From: Bacteroidales bacterium
Lineage (GTDB): Bacteria; Bacteroidota; Bacteroidia; Bacteroidales; VadinHA17
Assembly (NCBI GenBank): GCA_003141895.1
Contig: PLNT01000018.1
Span: 257,884-321,883, forward strand
DNA length: 64,000 bases
Direction of reading: 5' to 3'
The position numbers and the translations under genes were made by a program. The first letter of the stretch is position 1. The number at the start of each line of letters is the position of its first letter. A model generated the notes under the pieces. That model saw nothing but the letters and a program-made list of their open reading frames with translations, ran no database searches and was not told where the DNA came from. This document shows, piece by piece, positions 9,070 to 15,788 of this stretch.

Positions 9070-10239
9070 TTATGCTGAATATTTTGAATATATCATTTTA
9101 ATCCCGTCATCAAGGCCGATTTTTTCCTTCCATCCCAGTCGATTGATCTTAGAGACATCAAGCAATTTACGATAAGTACCGTCAGGTTTTGAGTTGTCCC
9201 AATTTAACTGACCTTTAAAACCAACAACTTCTTTGATCAATAAAGCTAAATCCTTTATTGTAAGATCTTTTCCTGTACCAATATTGATATGAGTGTTTTT
9301 AATATCTGTACCGGACTTATGGCTGATGACTGTTTGCTCAGGGCTCAGGGCACAGGGCTCAGGGCGAAGAGCCTTAAGATCATTAAAGTCAACTTCATTC
9401 ATTACAAATACACAAGCTTCAGCAAGATCATCGACATATAAAAATTCACGATAAGGATTGCCAGAACCCCATAAACTTATTGTTACTTGGTGCTTGGTGC
9501 TGGGTGCTGGGTGCTGGGTGATGGGTGATGGGTTTGTGGAAATTCCGTACTTCAGCAGTTTATCCATTATTTCAGAATCTGTAAAAGTATCATTCACGCA
9601 CTCAACGGGATATTTTTTGAAATCCTGACGGATAGAGTTCCAATCATTATTCTCAAGACATTTCCCAAGATGCATTTTTCTGATCAGTGCTGGCATGACA
9701 TGTGATGTTTCGAGATTGTAATTGTCATTTGGGCCATAAAGATTTGTCGGCATCACAGACACAAAATTTGTCCCATATTGTATGTTGTAAGATTCACACA
9801 TTTTTATGCCGGCAATTTTTGCAACTGCATATGGTTCATTTGTATATTCTAATTCTCCTGTTAACAGATATTCTTCTTTTACAGGTTGTGGACAATTCCC
9901 CGGATAAATGCATGAACTGCCAAGAAATAACAACTTTTTTACTCCGTGCTTATAACTTTGATGTATAATGTTATTCTGAATCATCAGGTTCTCATAAATA
10001 AACTGAGCGCGGTAAGTATTGTTTGATAAAATACCACCCACCTTAGCGGCAGCAAGAAAAACATATTCAGGTTTTTCTTTTTCAAAGAACTCTCCCACTA
10101 TAATCTGATTAGTAAGATCAAAAGGCGGATAGGGAGAATAAACCTGATTTGTATATCCTTTTTCGATCAGATTCCGGCTGATAGCGCTACCTACCATTCC
10201 TTTGTGGCCTGCTATATATATCTTACTGGATTTTTCCAT
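9070..10239 (-). CDS. fcl: GDP-L-fucose synthase (GDP-4-keto-6-deoxymannose 3,5-epimerase/4-reductase), copy 1
   Basis: IYIAGHKGMVGSAI...LAAAKVGGI..NNTY.A.FIYENL...NEPYAVAKIAGIK...KPDGT.RKLLDVSK aligns by eye with E. coli Fcl/WcaG. It contains two in-frame short-tandem-repeat tracts (see findings). Confidence 0.9.
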   Translation of the reverse strand: MEKSSKIYIAGHKGMVGSAISRNLIEKGYTNQVYSPYPPFDLTNQIIVGEFFEKEKPEYVFLAAAKVGGILSNNTYRAQFIYENLMIQNNIIHQSYKHGVKKLLFLGSSCIYPGNCPQPVKEEYLLTGELEYTNEPYAVAKIAGIKMCESYNIQYGTNFVSVMPTNLYGPNDNYNLETSHVMPALIRKMHLGKCLENNDWNSIRQDFKKYPVECVNDTFTDSEIMDKLLKYGISTNPSPITQHPAPSTKHQVTISLWGSGNPYREFLYVDDLAEACVFVMNEVDFNDLKALRPEPCALSPEQTVISHKSGTDIKNTHINIGTGKDLTIKDLALLIKEVVGFKGQLNWDNSKPDGTYRKLLDVSKINRLGWKEKIGLDDGIKMIYSKYSA

Positions 10240-10240
10240 A

Positions 10241-10388
10241 TTATGGTGTGATGGTGTTATGGTGTTATGGTGTTATGGCGTTATTGCGTTATTGCGTTAT
10301 TGCGTTATGGCGTTATTGCGTTTTCCGACCTAACAACATAACGTATTAACAACATAACGTTTTAGTGTTATGATGTTATGATGTTATA
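10241..10388. repeat. Octamer microsatellite block: 10 x TTATGGYG/TTATTGCG, followed by inverted AACATAACG units and (GTTATGAT)n
   Basis: Read directly from the sequence. 10241-10320 is ten consecutive 8-mers. 10331-10360 carries the complementary units. 10365-10388 carries further direct units. Confidence 0.95.
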
Positions 10389-10409
10389 AGACAATAAAAT
10401 CTATATTTT

Positions 10410-11126
10410 TCATTTAGGGTTTAAAATCATAGCATTATCAATTGGAGTCCGGTTTTTACCAATCGAATTGTCGGAGCCTAAAAAAAAATCATTAGCAATT
10501 ATCTTTATCGTCTTGCCTACAGCTTCGATATCAAATGGCATAATATGCCAATCAACTGTCGAAAGAAGGATAATCGGGAAACTCGTAATACGCTGTTCCA
10601 CATCTATTTCGTTTATTATCGCTTTATTCTTTGCTTCATTGAACACATTTAACCAGTTAAACATGTAGTGTTGAGAAATTGCATAAATATCAAAAACATC
10701 TTTTGGTTCATCACGCCCTACAATCGCTGTCAGCTTATTAGTCAGTATGTTGAGCGGTGTATCGATGAAGCCGAACCTATATAAGTTTGGAACTCCGCAT
10801 CTGTAAGCAATATCATTTACAAATTCAATCTTAAGCACCAGTTCTTCATCTTCAATATAATATCGCACAAAATCATCATAAACAATGCTTTGGGTTTTTA
10901 AAACCGAAAATTTGCTAACTAGTATTTTTTCAACATTTTTTACAGATGTATGGAAACTATCGCTATTGTTAGTAAAAAAATCCAAATCCTCACTAAACCT
11001 GTGGTTAAGATAAAATCTACCTAATGCAGTGCCTCCAGTCAGATAAAAAGGAGATAAGACTGGTTTCAGAGCAGTAAGTATTCTATCTTGAGTCAGGTAA
11101 AGCTTCCTGTAATCTTTTTCTAACAT
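10410..11126 (-). CDS. AbiEii/AbiGii-family nucleotidyltransferase toxin (DUF1814-like)
   Basis: LSPFYLTGGTALGRFYLNHRFSEDLDFF is the characteristic N-terminal NTase motif of AbiEii-type toxins. The track ORF starts at a TTG (11168). The first ATG is at 11126. Confidence 0.75.
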   Translation of the reverse strand: MLEKDYRKLYLTQDRILTALKPVLSPFYLTGGTALGRFYLNHRFSEDLDFFTNNSDSFHTSVKNVEKILVSKFSVLKTQSIVYDDFVRYYIEDEELVLKIEFVNDIAYRCGVPNLYRFGFIDTPLNILTNKLTAIVGRDEPKDVFDIYAISQHYMFNWLNVFNEAKNKAIINEIDVEQRITSFPIILLSTVDWHIMPFDIEAVGKTIKIIANDFFLGSDNSIGKNRTPIDNAMILNPK

Positions 11127-11388
11127 ACCCGTAATGTTTCCTAAGTGATTTTGGCCATAATGTCCCAATTACTTCTTCTGTTAGCAACTCTTTAATATTT
11201 TCAACAGGCATTAACTGGATAATTGTAAACCAAGGTAAGCCAGTTAGCATTTTGGCGAACAACTTTTCAAGGGTGTAATGACCAGCTTTATTAATTTTGC
11301 CCTTAAGCAGCTTATCCATATCACTAACCGATATATTATAATCCCACATAACTGACTGCAATGTTTTATAGTGTTGCTGTGTGTTCAT
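11083..11388 (-). CDS. Small protein upstream of and overlapping the AbiEii-like gene (probable cognate antitoxin or partner)
   Basis: 101-aa ORF whose 3' end overlaps the AbiEii-like gene by about 44 nt (11083-11126) in another frame. The arrangement matches a two-gene TA operon. I recognised no motif. Confidence 0.5.
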   Translation of the reverse strand: MNTQQHYKTLQSVMWDYNISVSDMDKLLKGKINKAGHYTLEKLFAKMLTGLPWFTIIQLMPVENIKELLTEEVIGTLWPKSLRKHYGYVRKRLQEALPDSR

Positions 11389-11410
11389 AAATTTAAATGT
11401 TACTTGATTA

Positions 11411-11456
11411 AACGTTACGACGTTATGACGTTATTATGTTATGGCGTTATGACGTT
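11411..11456. repeat. Octamer microsatellite (GACGTTAT-type units)
   Basis: aacgttac gacgttat gacgttat tatgttat ggcgttat gacgtttt. It overlaps the last codons and stop of the HEPN gene. Confidence 0.9.
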
Positions 11457-11845
11457 TTAAGCAGCAATGATTCAACTTGTTCCTTTATTTTTAAAGCTTC
11501 CTGATAATATATTTCTGCTTCAACAAGAGTTGGTTTGCCATTTGGCATTAATCCTAAGTCACCGGGATATCGTGAATCAATGTATAAGCGATCCAATTCT
11601 GATATTATCAACTCATTAACAGATAAGTAAACAACATCTTCAATTTTTATAAGCAGAGTTTGAAGATTATGAGTTTTGATTAGCGTTATGCCAAACTCTT
11701 CAATAATTGCCTTTATGGATTTTTCAATTACCTGCTGTGAATGAAAGGCTACAATATTCGTCAAATTCGGATTATTCAGAATATTTTCTATCGTAAGAAG
11801 GTCATCTACTGCTGAATTGAGCCAATCTCTAGTTAACTGCTTCAT
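11447..11845 (-). CDS. HEPN-domain protein (partner of the MNT nucleotidyltransferase)
   Basis: 132 aa and helical. HSQQVIEKSIKA ... DSRYP resembles the HEPN Rx4-6H region. It overlaps the upstream MNT gene by 17 nt. Confidence 0.75.
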   Translation of the reverse strand: MKQLTRDWLNSAVDDLLTIENILNNPNLTNIVAFHSQQVIEKSIKAIIEEFGITLIKTHNLQTLLIKIEDVVYLSVNELIISELDRLYIDSRYPGDLGLMPNGKPTLVEAEIYYQEALKIKEQVESLLLKTS

Positions 11846-12173
11846 ATAAGATTTTCCCTTTAATATTTACCTCATTAGTAAACATGCTTCCAGATTCCAA
11901 TAGCTTTTGATACATCAACTTTGTATAAACGAGCATATCTATAGGAATAAATCTTCTGAATTTTTTAATCAGAATATTGTACTTGTGGTGCAGCTCCATT
12001 CTTTCACGATTCGTATTTGGCAGAAAATTATCCCTTGTTACAACAATAATATCTAAATCGCTATCCTTTCCTGGCATACCATAGGCGTATGATCCAAAAA
12101 GAATAATTTTTTCAACTCCTTCTTCTTTCAATGTATCCGTTATGCCATTAATAATTTGGTCTATGTTAGTCAT
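11829..12173 (-). CDS. Minimal nucleotidyltransferase (MNT) of an MNT-HEPN toxin-antitoxin pair
   Basis: ILFGSYAYGMPGKDSDLDIIVV is the canonical GS...DxD pol-beta NTase motif. Confidence 0.8.
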   Translation of the reverse strand: MTNIDQIINGITDTLKEEGVEKIILFGSYAYGMPGKDSDLDIIVVTRDNFLPNTNRERMELHHKYNILIKKFRRFIPIDMLVYTKLMYQKLLESGSMFTNEVNIKGKILYEAVN

Positions 12174-12269
12174 AACCCTTTTTGTTTAAAGATACAAAAA
12201 AACAAAAAATAAATTTATCAAATTGAAGATTTTATGGTCATTCAGAACGCGTTATAAAATTTTACCAAC

Positions 12270-12326
12270 CTAATGACATAACTAATAACAACATTACGTT
12301 TTAATGTTATGACGTTATGACGTTTT
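12270..12326. repeat. Octamer repeat block (inverted CATAAC units, then ATGTTATGACGTTATGACG)
   Basis: Read directly from the sequence. Same unit family as 10241-10388. Confidence 0.85.
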
Positions 12327-12333
12327 GGCAACG

Positions 12334-12861
12334 CTACTTCTTCCATATCAACATCGCTCCCATCCCATCACCCAGATGAGCCTGTGTTTCGGAGGGAGAT
12401 AGAATCAGGTAGCGGATCTTACGATTTATCAGAGATTCAGTTTTATCTATTAACAAGTGCAGAAAATTCTTATTGATAGCGTTACCTATAAGTAGTATGT
12501 CAATTGTTTTCCCATTCTTTCCAACAGCAAAATCGCCTGTTATATAGGCCTCTTCCACATCGCCTATTTTAGAAACCACCTCGTCAATTATCTGGTCGAT
12601 CCCGATGGTCTTGCTTATAATGCTATGTATATCCTTATAAAGTGGATGCACTATATTAGCACGATACAATTTCTTATTGCCACTTATAATTGACTCAAGG
12701 AGACCTGCTTTTTCAAACCGGTTTAACTCAAGTCTGACTGCATTACTGCTCTCCCCGAATTCTTTCGCCAACTCTTTCAGATAGGCTGAACTGGTTGAAT
12801 TCAGGAAGAATTTCAGTATGAGTTTTAGACGTGTTTTTGATGTCACAAGTGTGTCAAGCAT
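12334..12861 (-). CDS. Winged-helix (ArsR-like) transcriptional regulator with a C-terminal NTase-like domain
   Basis: SSAYLKELAKEFGESSNAVRLELNRFEKAGLL is a wHTH. The C-terminal half (AYITGDFAVGKNGKTIDILLIG) resembles a degenerate nucleotidyltransferase fold. Confidence 0.6.
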   Translation of the reverse strand: MLDTLVTSKTRLKLILKFFLNSTSSAYLKELAKEFGESSNAVRLELNRFEKAGLLESIISGNKKLYRANIVHPLYKDIHSIISKTIGIDQIIDEVVSKIGDVEEAYITGDFAVGKNGKTIDILLIGNAINKNFLHLLIDKTESLINRKIRYLILSPSETQAHLGDGMGAMLIWKK

Positions 12862-12878
12862 TCGTGGGATGAGGGTTA

Positions 12879-12910
12879 GCTGTTATGGCGTTATGGCGTT
12901 ATGATGTTTC
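12879..12910. repeat. Octamer repeat block (GGCGTTAT units)
   Basis: gctgttat ggcgttat ggcgttat gatgtttc, immediately upstream of the wHTH gene start. Confidence 0.85.
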
Positions 12911-13126
12911 AGGTTCTACTTGGAAGAAAGTTTTTTATTCAGGAGAAAACTGAAACAAATAAATATATAATTGCAATTCTAAATATTTGAAATTCAATTA
13001 TATTCGATGATTTTTATATCACACTTTTTTATGGCTTCGCCTCCGTCAGTCCCATTTTGGGATGCTTTAAAATGGCAATTTCGCATTCTTAAAAGTCGAT
13101 TCCTGGTAATTAATTACTACAAATAT

Positions 13127-13153
13127 AAAAAAATCGGGTAGAATAACTACCCG
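13127..13153 (-). terminator. Rho-independent terminator downstream of fcl copy 2
   Basis: On the minus strand: CGGGTAG-ttatt-CTACCCG, then A and a run of 7 T. Confidence 0.7.
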
Positions 13154-13229
13154 TTATCAGCATATATTTTCTAAAAATCATTATTCAATTGCTTTTTAGA
13201 GATATTGTGGAAGAAGGTTTAGCGTTCTT

Positions 13230-13277
13230 CCGTTATGGTGTTATGGTGTTATGACCTTATGACGTTATGGTGTTTCA
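13230..13277. repeat. Octamer repeat block (GTGTTATG/ACGTTATG units) overlapping the fcl copy 2 stop codon
   Basis: ccgttatg gtgttatg gtgttatg accttatg acgttatg gtgtttca. Confidence 0.9.
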
Positions 13278-14426
13278 GTCTTTCGAATAATTTCTATAAA
13301 CTATTTCAATACCCTTATTCAAATCAATCTTTTCTTTCCAGCCCAGTTTATTAATTTTTGATACATCGAGCAATTTGCGATAAGTGCCATCAGGTTTTGA
13401 GTTATCCCACTTTAACTCACCTTTAAAACCAACAGTGTCTTTGATCAATAAAGCTAAATTCTTAATTGTCAGATCTTTTCCTGTCCCAATATTGATGTGA
13501 GTGTTTTTAATATCTGTACCGGACTTATGGCTGATGACTGTTTGCTCAGGGCTCAGGGCACAGGGCTCAGGGCGAAGAGCCTTAAGATCATTAAAGTCAA
13601 CTTCATTCATAACAAAAACACAAGCTTCAGCAAGATCATCGACGTATAAAAACTCACGATAAGGATTGCCTGAACCCCATAAGCTGATTGTTACTATTTG
13701 CTGGGTGCTGGGTGCTGGGTTTGTGGAAATTCCGTACTTCAGCAGTTTATCCATTATTTCAGAATCTGTAAAAGTATCATTCACGCCCTCAACGGGGTAT
13801 TTTTTGAAATCCTGGCGGATAGATTCCCAATCATTATTCTCAAGACATTTCCCAAGATGCATTTTTCTGATCAGTGCCGGAAGAACATGAGATGTTTCAA
13901 GATTATAATTATCATTAGGGCCATAAAGATTGGTCGGCATTACAGAGACATAATTTGTTCCATATTGAATGTTGTAGGATTCGCACATTTTAATGCCGGC
14001 AATTTTTGCAATTGCATAAGGTTCATTTGTATATTCTAATTCTCCTGTTAAAAGATATTCTTCTTTTACAGGTTGTGGACAATTCCCCGGATAGATGCAT
14101 GAACTGCCAAGAAATAACAACTTTTTTACTCCGTGCTTATAACTTTGATGTATAATGTTATTCTGAATCATCAGGTTCTCATAAATAAACTGAGCACGGT
14201 AGGTATTGTTTGATAAAATACCCCCCACCTTAGCGGCAGCAAGAAAAACATATTCAGGTTTTTCTTTTTCAAAGAACTCTCCCACTATACTCTGATTAGT
14301 AAGATCAAAAGGCGGATAGGGAGAATAAACCTGATTTGTATATCCTTTTTCGATCAGATTCCGGCTGATAGCGCTACCTACCATTCCTTTGTGGCCTGAT
14401 ATATATATCTTCGAGGTTTTTTCCAT
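13275..14426 (-). CDS. fcl: GDP-L-fucose synthase, copy 2 (the copy sitting in the gmd-fcl operon position)
   Basis: 383 aa and nearly identical to copy 1 over most of its length. It differs by a 7-codon (3 heptamer) indel in the repeat tract, by scattered substitutions, and at the C-terminal end. Confidence 0.9.
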   Translation of the reverse strand: MEKTSKIYISGHKGMVGSAISRNLIEKGYTNQVYSPYPPFDLTNQSIVGEFFEKEKPEYVFLAAAKVGGILSNNTYRAQFIYENLMIQNNIIHQSYKHGVKKLLFLGSSCIYPGNCPQPVKEEYLLTGELEYTNEPYAIAKIAGIKMCESYNIQYGTNYVSVMPTNLYGPNDNYNLETSHVLPALIRKMHLGKCLENNDWESIRQDFKKYPVEGVNDTFTDSEIMDKLLKYGISTNPAPSTQQIVTISLWGSGNPYREFLYVDDLAEACVFVMNEVDFNDLKALRPEPCALSPEQTVISHKSGTDIKNTHINIGTGKDLTIKNLALLIKDTVGFKGELKWDNSKPDGTYRKLLDVSKINKLGWKEKIDLNKGIEIVYRNYSKD

Positions 14427-14460
14427 TTAATCGATTGTTAGTTGTATATCAGGCTTTTAA

Positions 14461-14536
14461 AAAACCCACCCCTTGCTCCTCCCAGGAGGGGAACCTTGCT
14501 CTTCAACCCCTGTGCCCTGTGCTCTGAGCACTGAGC
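14461..14536. repeat. Composite spacer: G/C-rich palindromic element plus heptamer block
   Basis: AACCCACCCCTTGCTCCTCCCAGGAGGGGA (CCTCC..GGAGG palindrome) followed by cctgtgc cctgtgc tctgagc actgagc. Confidence 0.9.
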
Positions 14537-14538
14537 AT

Positions 14539-15582
14539 TTATTCTATGCGTTTTTTCGTTTTTTCAAAATCGGACTTAACCATCAGTTTAACCAATTCTT
14601 TAAACGTGGTCTTGGGTTTCCATCCGAGTTTTTCAAAGGCTTTTGCCGGATTACCCAGAAGGAGGTCAACTTCAGTTGGTCTGAAATAACGCTGATCTAT
14701 ACCTATCACTTCCTTACCTGAAGATTTTAAAATACCCGTCTCATTTAGGCCTTTTCCCTTCCAGATTATTTCTTCACCAAAAACTTTGAAGGTTTCTTCA
14801 ACAAATTCCCTTATTGTATGAGTTTCATTAGTTGCTAAAATATAATCATCAGGCTGATCGGCCTGAAGAATACGCCACATGCCTTCTACATATTCAGGTG
14901 CATATCCCCAGTCTCTCTTCGAATCGAGATTTCCAAGAAGTAATTTGTCCTGTTGGCCAAGGATAATTTTAGATGCTGCAACAGTTATCTTTCTGGTTAC
15001 AAATGTTTTTCCTCTTCTTTCGCTCTCATGATTAAACAGAATTCCATTACACGCAAAAACATTATAGGCTTCCCTGTAATTAACAACAATCCAGTAAGCA
15101 TATAATTTTGCAGCGGCATATGGACTTCTCGGATAGAAGGGTGTTTTTTCAGTTTGAGGTATCTCCTGCACTTTGCCATAGAGTTCAGAAGTTGACGCTT
15201 GATAGAAACGTGTTTTTAATCCGGTCTCTTTAATTGCATCAAGAAATCGAAGAGTGCCGACACCATCAACTTCGGCTGTATATTCAGGCACTTCGAATGA
15301 GACCTGTACATGTGATTGAGCCCCCAGATTATAGATTTCTATAGGCTTTATTTTTTCAACTAATCTGTTTAAATTACTTGAGTCGGTTAAATCGCCATAA
15401 TGCAGAAAAAAGCTCTTATTAATGTAAAGAGGATTATTGTAAATATGATCAATCCTAAAGGTATTAAACGAACTTGATCGTCTCATAATACCATGAACCT
15501 CATATCCTTTATCTAATAATAATTCCGTAAGGTAAGAGCCATCCTGCCCTGTAATACCTGAAATTAATGCAACTTTTTTCAT
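14539..15582 (-). CDS. gmd: GDP-mannose 4,6-dehydratase
   Basis: [42 protein letters not shown]...SEL YG...[12 protein letters not shown] are textbook Gmd motifs. The track ORF begins at a TTG (15621). The ATG at 15582 gives MKKVALISG. Confidence 0.95.
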   Translation of the reverse strand: MKKVALISGITGQDGSYLTELLLDKGYEVHGIMRRSSSFNTFRIDHIYNNPLYINKSFFLHYGDLTDSSNLNRLVEKIKPIEIYNLGAQSHVQVSFEVPEYTAEVDGVGTLRFLDAIKETGLKTRFYQASTSELYGKVQEIPQTEKTPFYPRSPYAAAKLYAYWIVVNYREAYNVFACNGILFNHESERRGKTFVTRKITVAASKIILGQQDKLLLGNLDSKRDWGYAPEYVEGMWRILQADQPDDYILATNETHTIREFVEETFKVFGEEIIWKGKGLNETGILKSSGKEVIGIDQRYFRPTEVDLLLGNPAKAFEKLGWKPKTTFKELVKLMVKSDFEKTKKRIE

Positions 15583-15788
15583 TTTTTCAAATGTTAGCTT
15601 ATGTTCAAGGATTATATCCAATAATCTTTAATAGGAATCTTGATTCTAATCTCATCCGGGATTTGGTGTTCACTGGTTAAAATCAAATAACCGCCACCAC
15701 CAAGATCAAAACATCCGCTCACAAAAACCTTTTCAGGGTTCTGTATGATTAATCCTTCTAATCAAAATTTTAATGAATAAAAACGGGC

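Noticed and set aside
10241-10388. Possible CRISPR array or coding low-complexity region in the octamer arrays.
   Set aside because: The period is 8 nt with no spacers, the arrays lie between genes, and the reading frames are not maintained. This is a microsatellite-type repeat.
11083-11168. Possible frameshifted fusion of the 101-aa ORF with the AbiEii-like ORF (a pseudogene).
   Set aside because: The AbiEii-like protein has an intact N-terminal motif from the ATG at 11126, and the upstream ORF has its own stop. Overlapping antitoxin-toxin genes are common, so an intact two-gene operon is the simpler reading.
9070-14426. An integron-like cassette array as an explanation for the TA island, or for the cargo next to the Xer-like recombinase at 36358..37269.
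   Set aside because: No IntI-type integrase is adjacent to the TA island. The boundary repeats are tandem octamers and not attC-type imperfect palindromes with RYYYAAC/GTTRRRY cores. The Xer-like protein is short (303 aa), with no obvious IntI-specific insertion. The idea is kept only as an analogy.
14473-14721. Plus-strand ORF (82 aa) overlapping the gmd 3' end. The same reasoning applies to 24400..24684 (minus strand).
   Set aside because: Both start in or run through G/C-rich palindromic repeat elements and are antisense to, or downstream of, well-supported genes. They are repeat-derived artefacts.
15622-15788. A frame of about 50 codons, open on the minus strand, between the CapD-like gene and gmd (…[48 protein letters not shown]), considered as a possible gene remnant.
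   Set aside because: It has no ATG/GTG/TTG start after the preceding stop, it is too short to classify, and I recognised no family. It could be a decayed fragment, but I cannot support a pseudogene call.
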